Source: an uncultured Candidatus Saccharibacteria bacterium
GTDB taxonomy: Bacteria > Patescibacteriota > Saccharimonadia > Saccharimonadales > CAYUUR01
Reading direction: 5' to 3'
Assembly: GCA_964448075.1 (NCBI GenBank)
Contig: CAYUUR010000001.1
Span: 65,785 to 129,784 of the forward strand
Length of the DNA: 64,000 nt
The position numbers and the translations under genes were made by a program. Positions 19,270 through 29,076 of the stretch are shown here, in pieces (within the stretch, counting starts at the first letter, position 1; each line of letters begins with the position of its first letter). The notes under the pieces were generated by a model. The model did no database searches. It saw only the letters and a list, made by a program, of their open reading frames with translations, and was not told the origin of the DNA.

Positions 19270-19382
19270 AGAGAAAAGTATAGCGTACTTGGCTGGCTAG
19301 TACCCAGCATTAGCAGTATTTTTAACTTGAAATCATTAAAATTTGCTATACTTAATTGGAATCAAGGAGTATTCGACAGTAC

Positions 19383-22373
19383 ATGAGTTTATTCAACAAA
19401 AAGCAGGGGCGGAATAGTAACCGCGCCAAGAATCAGTTCACAACCAAATCTGGCAACAACATCAAGCTCAACAAAAGCCTCGGAGCACGGGCTAAAGCGC
19501 GCAAGGATGCTCGCTTACGCAACAAGGCAGCCTATTTGAGCACGCTTCCTAAGGGGCGCGTCAAGCGTTTTTTTGCGCGTTTACACCCCAAACGTGTATA
19601 TCGCTACTGGTTTAGCCGTGAGGGCGGTGTTATGGCGCTCAAGATCTTGGGTATTGCAACCGTTGCTGCATTCTTATTAATCGTGGGTTTATTTGCATAC
19701 TTCAGAAAAGACCTACCTAACCTTAAAGATATCTCTGGGAAAAATATTGGCGGAAGCGTTCGGTACTATGACCGCAGCGGTAAACATTTGCTCTGGGAAG
19801 ATTACGATGCTGTAAAACGCATCCCGGTTGGTAGTAAGGGTATCTCTCAGGACATGAAAGACGCCACTGTTGCAATTGAAGACAAGGACTTCTTTGAACA
19901 CGGCGGTTTTGATGTACGCGGCATTATGCGTGCCGGCGTTAATAACATCACCGGTAGTTCCGGCGGCCAACAAGGTGGGTCAACTATTACACAACAGCTT
20001 GTAAAGCTAACCCAGAACTGGACACAAGACCGTACATATACACGTAAAGTTAAGGAGATCATCCTTTCAGTTGAACTTGAAAGAAGTTATACAAAAGAAG
20101 AAATCCTTGCCGGTTACCTGGATACCGCACCTTATGGAGGTATTGAATATGGTGTTGAGGCAGCTGCCCAGGGATACTTTGGCAAGCCAGCCAGCAAAAT
20201 AACCCTTGCTGAAGCAAGCTTCCTGGCAACCATTCCAAAATCTCCACGATACTATTCACCCTACAGCGCAGACTTTGACAAAGAAGCATTTACTGATAGA
20301 CAGCACTACATACTTAACCTCATGGCAGAACAAGGTATGATCACTGCCGAGGAGCGCGACGCGGCAAAGAAAGTTAAGGTTCTGGCAAGCGTCAAACAAC
20401 GAAAGCCAAAGTACGAGAACATAAAAGCGCCATGGTTTGTTCTGGCAGCTAAGAAACAGTTGGAAGACAAGTACGGCACTGAGACTGTCCAACGTGGTGG
20501 CTGGCAAGTTAAGACCACCCTCGACCTTAAACTCCAAAAGGCTGCCGAGGAACAAGTCAAAAACGGCATGTACCAAATTCGTGCGCAAGGCGGTGACACT
20601 GCTGCGTTTGCTGCGAGTGATGTCACAAACGGACAGATGGTGGCATTAGTCGGAGGTTCAGACTTTGACAATAAGGATTTCGGTAAAATTAACTATGCCA
20701 CACGACCACTACCTCCAGGCTCGAGCTTCAAACCATATGACTACTTAGCACTTATCGAACACAGCACTAACTTTGGAGCGGGTTCGGTACTGTACGACAC
20801 CAAAGGTAAGATCGAGGGCTATGAATGTACCAACAAAGGCCTGCCGCCACCACGCGGTAGCGGTAACTGTCTGTACGACTACGACTTCCGATTCCCTGGA
20901 CCACTGACATTGCGTTACGCACTGGGAGGTTCACGTAACGTCCCTGCTGTGAAGGCGATGCTCATTGCTGGCGTAGACAAGACTATAGAAACGGCCGAGA
21001 AGCTTGGACTCAAGAGCGGCTATAAATGTTACGCAGCTGGCACGCCAGATATCAGCCAGGCTGCACCTGCTGATGAAACACAATGCTACGGATCTTCAGC
21101 AATTGGCGATGGTGCTTATCTGCGCCTTGACGAACACGTACACGCATACGGAACAATCTCCAGAAACGGCGTCAAATTAGAGCAGACTTACATACTTGAG
21201 ATTAACGATGCTACCAACAAGCCTGTCTACAAATGGAAGGCCGAAAAAGGCGAACAAGTAGTCCGACCTGATGGCGCCTATATTGTGGCTAATATGCTGG
21301 AAGATCCGAATGCGAGCTACTTCCCAGCAGGTCGTAAGCCTCACCGCTACAACGACTGGAAGTTCGCTATGAAGACTGGTACGACCAACGATGCTAAAGA
21401 CGGTTGGATGATGGGATTCTCCACCAAGTACGCCGCTGGCGTCTGGGTAGGCTATCACACTGGGCAAAAGGAAATGTCAGGAACTATGGAAGCAATGACG
21501 CAGCCTATATGGCAAGGCTGGATGCGTTCTGCTCACGACGGCGTCAAAGCTGTTGATCGCAAGAAGCCAGAAGGCGTCCAGAGCAAACCTGCATATGTCA
21601 TCCGTAGCCATGTTGGTATTGGCTCTGTTGAACCAAGCCCAGCCAATGACCTCTTCCCTTCATGGTACAAGCAGCCTAATAAGACCAAATCAAGCAACAA
21701 GACAATTGACGTAGTCTCTAATAAGCTGGCGACCAACTGTACACCAGAACGTGCTAAAAAGAAGACTACCGAACGCGATGCCTCCTCATTCTCAGGCGAT
21801 ACCTTTGTCGACGGTGGTGGTGCAAACACCCAAGAAAAAGATGATGTTCATAAATGTGGCGACAAGAAACCAACCGTCAGCGTCAGTACAGCATGTAGCA
21901 ATGGTACTTGTGTACTTACGGCAAACATCAAGCAAGGCACCCATCCACTCAACAGCAGCAGATTCCCAGGTACACTAACCTTTACGGTAGACGGTGCAAC
22001 TGTGAAAACAGTAAACGTCAAGAGCTCTGGAACGGTTAAACATACCGTTACCGGTAGTGGTAGCAAGAAAGTCAGTGTAAGCCTGGTAGACAGTGTGCTC
22101 TACGACGCTTCAGACTCTGACACGGCCAGCTTTGGGAATGCTGCAAGTGGACCCTCCATAAGCTCTGCAGAGGTGTCCGGTGCAATCACATACATTTCAT
22201 GGAGTGGCGGAACGAACCCAATTACCATCAAAACTGAGGGCGGTATTACCTTATGTAGTGCTGAGACCGATGGTAGCTGTACTGCACCAAAAACCGACGC
22301 ACCAAAAGGCTCAAAGATATACGCAATCGACAGTAGCGGAAAGCAATCTTCAGCCTTCACCGTTACCGATTAG
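19383..22373 (+). CDS. Bifunctional class A penicillin-binding protein (glycosyltransferase + transpeptidase) with long C-terminal extension
   Basis: GT51 motifs (AIEDKDFFEHGG, GGSTITQQLVK), a transpeptidase SxxK context (PGSSFKP) and KTGTT. Start set to ATG 19383, after AAGGAG at 19364..19369. Confidence 0.9.
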   Translation: MSLFNKKQGRNSNRAKNQFTTKSGNNIKLNKSLGARAKARKDARLRNKAAYLSTLPKGRVKRFFARLHPKRVYRYWFSREGGVMALKILGIATVAAFLLIVGLFAYFRKDLPNLKDISGKNIGGSVRYYDRSGKHLLWEDYDAVKRIPVGSKGISQDMKDATVAIEDKDFFEHGGFDVRGIMRAGVNNITGSSGGQQGGSTITQQLVKLTQNWTQDRTYTRKVKEIILSVELERSYTKEEILAGYLDTAPYGGIEYGVEAAAQGYFGKPASKITLAEASFLATIPKSPRYYSPYSADFDKEAFTDRQHYILNLMAEQGMITAEERDAAKKVKVLASVKQRKPKYENIKAPWFVLAAKKQLEDKYGTETVQRGGWQVKTTLDLKLQKAAEEQVKNGMYQIRAQGGDTAAFAASDVTNGQMVALVGGSDFDNKDFGKINYATRPLPPGSSFKPYDYLALIEHSTNFGAGSVLYDTKGKIEGYECTNKGLPPPRGSGNCLYDYDFRFPGPLTLRYALGGSRNVPAVKAMLIAGVDKTIETAEKLGLKSGYKCYAAGTPDISQAAPADETQCYGSSAIGDGAYLRLDEHVHAYGTISRNGVKLEQTYILEINDATNKPVYKWKAEKGEQVVRPDGAYIVANMLEDPNASYFPAGRKPHRYNDWKFAMKTGTTNDAKDGWMMGFSTKYAAGVWVGYHTGQKEMSGTMEAMTQPIWQGWMRSAHDGVKAVDRKKPEGVQSKPAYVIRSHVGIGSVEPSPANDLFPSWYKQPNKTKSSNKTIDVVSNKLATNCTPERAKKKTTERDASSFSGDTFVDGGGANTQEKDDVHKCGDKKPTVSVSTACSNGTCVLTANIKQGTHPLNSSRFPGTLTFTVDGATVKTVNVKSSGTVKHTVTGSGSKKVSVSLVDSVLYDASDSDTASFGNAASGPSISSAEVSGAITYISWSGGTNPITIKTEGGITLCSAETDGSCTAPKTDAPKGSKIYAIDSSGKQSSAFTVTD

Positions 22374-22383
22374 TGAGTTACTG

Positions 22384-23730
22384 TTACTTTTCTAGAAACT
22401 GATTCAAGGCTGTTTTAACGTTTTTCATGCCGACGTAGTGCTTGCTTAATTTTGAAGCGTTTGTGCTGGATGGTCCAATGACCGCGTCAAATGACAGTTT
22501 GGTAGCCTCTGCAATGCGTTTTTCGATATAGGGCACGTGCCTGACTTCGCCAGATAACCCAACCTCGCCAAACACAACAGCGTTTTGTTTGAGCTGCATG
22601 CCTTTGGCTGCGGAGGCAATCGCCATACATATAGCAAGATCAGCGGCCGGTTCCGTAATACGAATTCCACCAACGATGTTGATATAGATATCTTGATCAG
22701 CCAGCTGAAGCTTTGTACGGCGTTCTAGCATTGCAACCAGCAAGTTAACCCTATTTAGGTCAATCCCGCTTGCAGCGCGCTTAGGATAGCCGTAGGATGT
22801 CTTATTTACCAGCGCTTGGACCTCAACGAGAATTGGCCGTGTGCCTTCCATAGTAGCTAGGACAATCGAACCATCGCTGACTTGTCTTTCAGCTAATAAT
22901 GCGGCGGAAGGATTTAGTACAGGTGCGAGCCCTTCGTTCTTCATTTCAAATATTGCAACTTCGTTAGTGGATCCAAAGCGATTTTTGACGCCACGAAGTA
23001 GCTTGAATCCCCCGTATCGATCGCCCTCTAACTGCAACACGACATCTACTAAATGCTCCAAAATCTTCGGCCCGGCAATTGAGCCTTCCTTAGTGACGTG
23101 TCCGACTATCAAAAGTGCCGTATTGGAGCGTTTGGCTGCTGCCGTCAGAAGATGCGTACTATTTGTTATCTGGCTCACAGATCCGGCTGCTGAACTCACT
23201 CGTTCGCTAGTGATAGTCTGAATAGAGTCTACAATGACAAGGTCATATGTCTTGTCTGCGATACTCACTGCAATGTCATCTGCCGAGTTACTGGCAACAA
23301 TGAGCAGCTTATCAGTGATAGCTCCAAGCCGTTCTGCCCGAAGGCCGATCTGGTGACCCGATTCTTCGCCACTTACGTAAAGCACACGATGGGCTTTTGA
23401 CAGTGCATAAGCAAGCTGAAGCAAGAGCGTACTCTTACCAATACCCGGCTCACCGGCAATCAACGTTACACTACCTGCGACCACTCCACCACCAAGGACA
23501 ATGTCAACATCTGACAGCCCCGTCTTCAGGCGTTTATAGGCATCAGTTCTAATGTGCTCGCCGACTTTTTTCGGGGTTAAACTTCTGCCCGCCTTGGTTA
23601 TTGCGGTACTAGAGGTGTCTACTTGCTCATCTAAGCTGTTCCATTCGCCACAGTTATAACATTTGCCTGACCACGTAGAACTCTCGGCGCCACAACTACT
23701 ACATATATACGATGTCTTTTTCTTTGCCAT
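22384..23730 (-). CDS. radA: DNA repair protein RadA
   Basis: N-terminal CxxC...CxxC zinc finger, GEPGIGKST Walker A, KNRFG motif and a Lon-like C-terminal domain. Confidence 0.95.
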   Translation of the reverse strand: MAKKKTSYICSSCGAESSTWSGKCYNCGEWNSLDEQVDTSSTAITKAGRSLTPKKVGEHIRTDAYKRLKTGLSDVDIVLGGGVVAGSVTLIAGEPGIGKSTLLLQLAYALSKAHRVLYVSGEESGHQIGLRAERLGAITDKLLIVASNSADDIAVSIADKTYDLVIVDSIQTITSERVSSAAGSVSQITNSTHLLTAAAKRSNTALLIVGHVTKEGSIAGPKILEHLVDVVLQLEGDRYGGFKLLRGVKNRFGSTNEVAIFEMKNEGLAPVLNPSAALLAERQVSDGSIVLATMEGTRPILVEVQALVNKTSYGYPKRAASGIDLNRVNLLVAMLERRTKLQLADQDIYINIVGGIRITEPAADLAICMAIASAAKGMQLKQNAVVFGEVGLSGEVRHVPYIEKRIAEATKLSFDAVIGPSSTNASKLSKHYVGMKNVKTALNQFLEK

Positions 23731-23749
23731 ATACGGTTAGTGTAGCAAA

Positions 23750-24718
23750 TTAGCCAGATTCTTGCGGTACAGTTCTACTGTCGAGTGATTTATAAAGATC
23801 CCTTTCTTCGAGCGCAAGCGCGTTACGTTCTTTGACGATTTGGTTGTAACGAGTAATATCGTCGCGAGTATCAGCAACCAGCTGGTTATACTCTCGTACG
23901 GCTGCGTTGTAGACAGGTACACCAGCGTTATACGCACTAGTGTTGTTTTGAGCCAGCGCAGCATCTAAGGCATTTCTTTGAAGTTGGAGCTCTTGATTAA
24001 GTCCATCGATCTCGGCTTGTGCACTCTTTATTGAAGTGTCTAGGCTAGTAAGCTGCTTGTCCATTTTGGCAATCTTGGCTTCTCTCGCAGTAAATGCCTT
24101 TTCATAGCGTTCTGCTAAACCGACGACTAAAGCCCGGTCGGAAAAGAATTGAGCATAGTGCTCCTCGAGTGCTGGCGGCAAGTTTGCAACTTCTGTACCG
24201 AGAATGGAATGCAGTTCATTGGGCACAACAGATTCATCAGTTTTGCGGTACTGCTCGACGGTTGCAGCTATGCGCGGGTTTTTGAGGTTATTGAAGGCCT
24301 CTGCCGTCAGTGCATCAACCATTTGACGGGTCTTATCATCGAGACGCTCATAAGCAACATGGAGCATCTCGTGTGCAGCCGTAACTTCTTCTACTCCTGC
24401 CAGACGATCGTCTTCTACATCATAGATGTAAATACCTGTATTGCTGACATAGCAACCGAGGACAATTGAAGCCTCTGCACTTGTGCAGTTCTGTCGGAAG
24501 GCTTCTTTGTCATTCAGTTCTGGCCGGTTCACATAGAATAGCTTCCGAGAGTAGTCGGTCATGGCACTATCATCTGCCAGCTTAACAATAGTTGCGGGCG
24601 GTTCGTAGCCACGCAGACGATACCAGTCATATATAGACTGAAAGTTGAACAAAATAAGACCAGCCGTTATAAAGACACCTATGGTCAGTATTAGTCCGGA
24701 AATCTTTGAAAAGCGCAT
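23750..24718 (-). CDS. Membrane-anchored hypothetical protein with HExxH motif and C-terminal coiled coil
   Basis: N-terminal TM helix (ISGLILTIGVFITAGLILF), AAHEMLHVAYERL, and a long heptad-like Q/A/L-rich C-terminal region. TATAGT lies 6 nt upstream of the ATG. Confidence 0.55.
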   Translation of the reverse strand: MRFSKISGLILTIGVFITAGLILFNFQSIYDWYRLRGYEPPATIVKLADDSAMTDYSRKLFYVNRPELNDKEAFRQNCTSAEASIVLGCYVSNTGIYIYDVEDDRLAGVEEVTAAHEMLHVAYERLDDKTRQMVDALTAEAFNNLKNPRIAATVEQYRKTDESVVPNELHSILGTEVANLPPALEEHYAQFFSDRALVVGLAERYEKAFTAREAKIAKMDKQLTSLDTSIKSAQAEIDGLNQELQLQRNALDAALAQNNTSAYNAGVPVYNAAVREYNQLVADTRDDITRYNQIVKERNALALEERDLYKSLDSRTVPQESG

Positions 24719-24732
24719 ATGTCTACTATACG

Positions 24733-27207
24733 TTATTCGTGAGCAGCTGAGTACGTCAATTTGCGCGCTTTGGAACCGACATGCACAATACTACCCTTGT
24801 GATACTTGTTGCTCAGAAGCTCTACAGCGATATGATCTTCAACGGTTTCCTGTATCAAGCGTCGCAATGGACGAACGCCGTTTTTGGCATCATAGCCATG
24901 CTCAAGCAAGTACTCTTTTGCTGTTTTTGACAGCTCTAGTCCAAGCCCATGCTTGACTAAGCGTGTGCGTAGTTCATCCACTTGCAGATCAAGAATCTTC
25001 AACACATCTGGTTTTGTGAGTGCTCTGAAGACAATTGTTTTGTCAATTCTGTTGATTAGCTCTGGTCTCATCAATTTCTTGAGTTCATCATGCACCTTAT
25101 CCTTGTTGCGCTTATGGAGTGCGTCGAGGTCTTTGAGATCTTTGCTATCTGCCGCGTGAAAACCGAGGTTCGCTTCCTTCTGAAGCTTTTCAGCCCCTAT
25201 GTTGCTAGTCATGATAATGATCGTGTTACTGAAGTCAATCTTACGGCCTTTTGCATCGGTCAATACACCATCCTCAAGAATCTGTAACAGCATGTTGAAC
25301 ACCTCAGGGTGGGCTTTTTCAATCTCATCGAACAGAACAAGACTGTAAGGCTGTCGGCGTATCTTATCTGTCAGCTGGCCGCCTTCGTCATAGCCCACAT
25401 AACCCGCTGGAGCACCAACCAGTCGAGATACGTTGTGTCGTTCACCAAACTCGCTCATGTCAATTTTGATAAGCGCATCTGCGCTACCAAAGAACTCACG
25501 TGCCAACACACGTGCCAATTCTGTTTTTCCGACTCCAGTTGGACCAAGAAAGACAAAGGAACCAATTGGACGGTTGGCACTGCTTATCCCTGAACGGTTA
25601 CGTCGTACAGCCTTGGCAACCGCTTCAACAGCTTCATCTTGACCGATCACATATTTGGCAAGTTGCTTTTCAAGATTTAATAAGTACTTTGCCTCTGAAC
25701 GAATTACTTTGGTAACCGGCACCCCTGTCATACGTGAGACAACATCCGCAACGTCCTCACTTTGCATCACAATTGGACTGTCACTTTTGGTATCGAGTTT
25801 GAGTTTTTTGAGCTGCTCGTCGATCTGGCTTGCGCGTGTTTTGTGCTGGGCAGCCAATTCATAATCTTCATTGTCGACCGCTTCATCAATGCGAGCATTC
25901 TCTAATTTTAGCTCTTTTTGGAGCTTGCGGACTTCAGGTGGTGTTTTGCCCTTATCAACACGAAGGTGAGCTGCAGTTTCATCGAGCAAGTCGATTGCTT
26001 TATCTGGCATGAACCGATCATTGATGTAACGTTTCGCAAAAGTTACCGTATCATCAAGCACTTCGTCACTTACCTTTACGTTGTGATACTCCTCATAATG
26101 CTTGCGTAGACCCTTGAGGATACCGAGCGTTTCGCCAACATTAGTTTCTGGCACCACAATTGGTTGAAAGCGTCTTTCCAACGCAGCATCCTTCTCAATA
26201 TGCTTGGTGTATTCGGCTGTAGTTGTGGCGCCAATCACCTGTATCTTTCCACGTGCTAACGCTGGCTTCAAGATGTTGCCAGCATCCATGGCGCCTTCAG
26301 CAGCCCCAGCGCCGACAATAAGATGTAACTCATCGATAAACACGATAGACCGTGTATCATTTTCCAGCTCATGCATTACTTTCTTGAGACGTTCTTCAAA
26401 TTCCCCACGGTATTTTGTACCGGCAATCATGCCAGCAAGATCAAGCATGATAATGCGCTTATCAAGCAAGCTATCAGGTACCTCTTCAGTAATAATCCGT
26501 TGGGCAAGACCTTCTACAATAGCAGTTTTACCAACACCAGGCTCCCCAATGAGAACGGGGTTATTCTTCGTCCGACGGTTCAAAATAGTTATGAGCCTGC
26601 GAATTTGGTTCTCGCGGCCAACAACAGGGTCAAGTTTGCCGTTTTGAGCCATGTGCGTCAGATCTGTTCCATAAAAATCAAGTGCGGTCTTACGTCCCTT
26701 CTTGCCACGCCGTTTATCCTGAGTCGAGGACTCACCCGCCTCATATTGCTGTCGATTCAGGAACTGCTCTAGCTCACTCAGCAATGCCTCAACATCAACA
26801 TTCATATCACGCAGCATAACTGTTGCACGAGCATTCTTCTGACTAAGAATACTGTAGAGGATATGTTCAGTGCCGCAATGTTCTTGGGCAAAGTCTTGGG
26901 ATACGTCATATGCCATGCGCAGCGTCAGTTTAGCTGTTTCGCTAAGATCTTTCGCGCCCATGTTAACAACAACCGTGTTTGGCGTTAAGTTAAGCGCCCG
27001 ACGGGCACGCTCAAGGGTGATGCCAGCACCATCCAGCAGCTTTGCACCCATGCTTGATTCTTGTGCAAGCAAGCCAAGCAACAAATGCTCAGTGCCGATA
27101 TACGTACTACCAAACCCACGCGCAATTGCGTCGGCATGCTTTAGGCTATGCAGTGCGTTTTCAGTAAGATTGTTCAAAAATTCTTGAAAGTCTGGTGAAT
27201 TTGGCAT
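24733..27207 (-). CDS. clpC: ATP-dependent Clp protease ATP-binding subunit ClpC (class III HSP100)
   Basis: 824 aa with Clp_N repeats and two AAA+ modules (GEPGVGKT and GPTGVGKTE). GGAGG lies upstream of the ATG. Confidence 0.93.
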   Translation of the reverse strand: MPNSPDFQEFLNNLTENALHSLKHADAIARGFGSTYIGTEHLLLGLLAQESSMGAKLLDGAGITLERARRALNLTPNTVVVNMGAKDLSETAKLTLRMAYDVSQDFAQEHCGTEHILYSILSQKNARATVMLRDMNVDVEALLSELEQFLNRQQYEAGESSTQDKRRGKKGRKTALDFYGTDLTHMAQNGKLDPVVGRENQIRRLITILNRRTKNNPVLIGEPGVGKTAIVEGLAQRIITEEVPDSLLDKRIIMLDLAGMIAGTKYRGEFEERLKKVMHELENDTRSIVFIDELHLIVGAGAAEGAMDAGNILKPALARGKIQVIGATTTAEYTKHIEKDAALERRFQPIVVPETNVGETLGILKGLRKHYEEYHNVKVSDEVLDDTVTFAKRYINDRFMPDKAIDLLDETAAHLRVDKGKTPPEVRKLQKELKLENARIDEAVDNEDYELAAQHKTRASQIDEQLKKLKLDTKSDSPIVMQSEDVADVVSRMTGVPVTKVIRSEAKYLLNLEKQLAKYVIGQDEAVEAVAKAVRRNRSGISSANRPIGSFVFLGPTGVGKTELARVLAREFFGSADALIKIDMSEFGERHNVSRLVGAPAGYVGYDEGGQLTDKIRRQPYSLVLFDEIEKAHPEVFNMLLQILEDGVLTDAKGRKIDFSNTIIIMTSNIGAEKLQKEANLGFHAADSKDLKDLDALHKRNKDKVHDELKKLMRPELINRIDKTIVFRALTKPDVLKILDLQVDELRTRLVKHGLGLELSKTAKEYLLEHGYDAKNGVRPLRRLIQETVEDHIAVELLSNKYHKGSIVHVGSKARKLTYSAAHE

Positions 27208-27357
27208 GTGTTATTCGCCTCCGGCTTATACGACAAACCTACGGTTTTTCTCATCGCGCCGGGCAAAAAATGTGATTTTTGCTCGGGCTGCTCTTTTCCC
27301 TCAATCGAGGCCGTAAGTTGTCATTTATTTGCGTGCATCCTGCAACGCTCAACTTCT

Positions 27358-27386
27358 AATATATGGCAAAAATTAGCACTCGTCAA
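27358..27386 (-). promoter_or_regulatory. Candidate clpC promoter TTGACG-N17-TATATT
   Basis: -35 (reverse complement of 27381..27386) lies inside the CIRCE. -10 is the reverse complement of 27358..27363. The leader to ATG 27207 is about 145 nt. Confidence 0.5.
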
Positions 27387-27399
27387 CCCAGAGTGCTAA
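27373..27399 (-). promoter_or_regulatory. Consensus CIRCE element (HrcA operator) upstream of clpC
   Basis: TTAGCACTC-gtcaaccca-GAGTGCTAA is a perfect match to the canonical TTAGCACTC-N9-GAGTGCTAA. Confidence 0.8.
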
Positions 27400-27776
27400 T
27401 TTAGCTGACTCTCGTCTATGCGGCCTATTCTAACCAAGTGTTGCACCAGCAAGAAAGCTGCAGCTGGAATGGCTGTTGGCGCAAAATCACTTTCAGAGTC
27501 TAATATTTCTGCTTCACGCGATTCATTCATTACATAAGCAACTGCTGCAAAGCCGACAGCTCTTGCGTGGGGATGATCATGCTCGACCAATATGAAGCCG
27601 TAGTGTTCATTACTATCAACAAGATCAATCACCAGACCAGCATCGGCGTCGAAGTTTCGGCGCATCCAGGTAACTGCACCAGTTTCGAGTTGAGAAATCT
27701 TGTCTGCGTAGTAGTCAGGAGGCATGGTATCGCCATAGTCATCCCCTGTAAGCGGGAGTTTTAAACGAGGGTTCAT
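27396..27776 (-). CDS. Hypothetical protein (126 aa)
   Basis: ORF between nusA and the clpC control region. Acidic, with a His cluster (VEHDHPHARA). The stop codon lies inside the CIRCE right arm. Confidence 0.5.
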   Translation of the reverse strand: MNPRLKLPLTGDDYGDTMPPDYYADKISQLETGAVTWMRRNFDADAGLVIDLVDSNEHYGFILVEHDHPHARAVGFAAVAYVMNESREAEILDSESDFAPTAIPAAAFLLVQHLVRIGRIDESQLN

Positions 27777-27791
27777 CGTGTCTTACGGAGC

Positions 27792-28958
27792 CTATTCGCC
27801 GTGTTCTTCGACCGCTTCAATCAAGCTACTTTCAAGTTCCGACTTCTTCTTGAGCTTTGGCGCCTGTTTTGGTGGCTCCGCTTTAGCAGGAGCTTCCTCT
27901 ACAACAGGTTCTGGGGTCTTTTCTGCTGATTCAATGTCAAGCTCATACCCTGTAAGCTTGCTGGCAAGACGTACATTCTGGCCGCTGCGACCGATCGCAA
28001 TGCTCAGCTGATCCTCGTTAACAAGCACTTTGGCTTTTTTGGCAGCTTCGTCGATTTGAACACGCTTTACTTCAGTTGGGCTCAATGCATTCTTAATATA
28101 TTCATCCGTTTTGTCGCTCCATACGATGATGTCGATCTTTTCTTGCTCACCGATTTCGCTCATAACGGCGTTGACGCGTGTACCGTGACCACCGACGAAT
28201 GTACCAACCGGGTCAACACCTGGCACCGTGCTATTTACTGCCAGCTTGGTGCGCACACCAGCTTCTCGCGCAATATCTTTAATTTCGACTGAACCGTTTT
28301 CCATTTCAGGAACTTCTGCTCGGAACAACCACTCAACGAACTGAGTGTTTCCACGAGAAACCACCAATTGTGGCCCTCGGAAGCCCTTTTCTACGTCTTT
28401 GAGGAATACCTTCAGGCGTTGTCCAGGATAGTAGCGCTCACCTTGAATCTGTTCGCTCATTGGCATAATGCCTTGCGCCTTACCGAGCTCAACACGCACA
28501 ATTCTACCCTCAACACGAGAAACAATGGCGTTAATAACAGTGCCGATTTTATCTTCGTATTCAGCAAGCACAATGTCACGCTCAGCTTCACGGAGGCGCT
28601 GCAAGATAACCTGCTTAGCAGTTTGAGCAGCTACGCGGCCAAATTCTTCTACCTTCTCAATAATCTCGACAGTTTCGCCAACCTTGGCGTTCTTACGGAT
28701 TGCCTGAGCTTGTGTCAGATTGATCTGGGTGAATTCATCTTCGACTTTGTCGACGACTTCTTTAGTCGTATACGCAGTTACTTCTCCGCTATTAAGATTC
28801 ATACTCACACGAACTTCTTGCTCACGATCACCATAGTCACGGCGGTATGCGGCTGCAAGGGCTTGTTCAACAACTTCTTGAACGGTTTCTTCTGGCAAGT
28901 TCTTTTCCTCGGCAATAGCCTTGATCGCTACAGCCAGTTGTTTTAAGTCAAATTCCAT
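27792..28958 (-). CDS. nusA: Transcription termination/antitermination factor NusA
   Basis: 388 aa with N-terminal domain, S1 and two KH domains (GRSGQNVRLASKLTG). Acidic and Lys-rich tail. Confidence 0.93.
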   Translation of the reverse strand: MEFDLKQLAVAIKAIAEEKNLPEETVQEVVEQALAAAYRRDYGDREQEVRVSMNLNSGEVTAYTTKEVVDKVEDEFTQINLTQAQAIRKNAKVGETVEIIEKVEEFGRVAAQTAKQVILQRLREAERDIVLAEYEDKIGTVINAIVSRVEGRIVRVELGKAQGIMPMSEQIQGERYYPGQRLKVFLKDVEKGFRGPQLVVSRGNTQFVEWLFRAEVPEMENGSVEIKDIAREAGVRTKLAVNSTVPGVDPVGTFVGGHGTRVNAVMSEIGEQEKIDIIVWSDKTDEYIKNALSPTEVKRVQIDEAAKKAKVLVNEDQLSIAIGRSGQNVRLASKLTGYELDIESAEKTPEPVVEEAPAKAEPPKQAPKLKKKSELESSLIEAVEEHGE

Positions 28959-28981
28959 GTTTCCTTCTTTCTGTTCTTATT

Positions 28982-29005
28982 AAAAAATCCGACCTGCCGG
29001 CCGGA
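28982..29005 (-). terminator. Intrinsic terminator-like hairpin within the nusA leader
   Basis: Minus strand reads UCCGGCC-ggca-GGUCGGA (7 bp including one G-U pair) followed by UUUUUU. It lies between the candidate promoter and the nusA SD. Confidence 0.55.
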
Positions 29006-29024
29006 GTAAACATCAACGACTATT

Positions 29025-29053
29025 AGTGTAAATTAGACCTGCTGTTTTGTCAA
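29025..29053 (-). promoter_or_regulatory. nusA promoter TTGACA-N17-TACACT
   Basis: -35 is the reverse complement of 29048..29053 and -10 the reverse complement of 29025..29030. It sits back-to-back with the pepN extended -10 (TGaTAGAAT, 29061..29069). Confidence 0.55.
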
Positions 29054-29076
29054 TCGCGCGTGATAGAATGAATGAC

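Noticed and set aside
18034-19382. Searched for T-box leaders upstream of tyrS and hisS, since aaRS genes often have them.
   Set aside because: tyrS has only 7 nt between a -10 box and its ATG, leaving no room for a leader. The hisS-operon leader is about 100 nt and lacks the T-box consensus and specifier-loop layout.
27208-27399. 63-aa plus-strand ORF exactly filling the clpC leader.
   Set aside because: It has no promoter or SD and a Cys/Phe-rich nonsense-like sequence. The region is better explained as the clpC 5' UTR plus CIRCE and promoter on the other strand.
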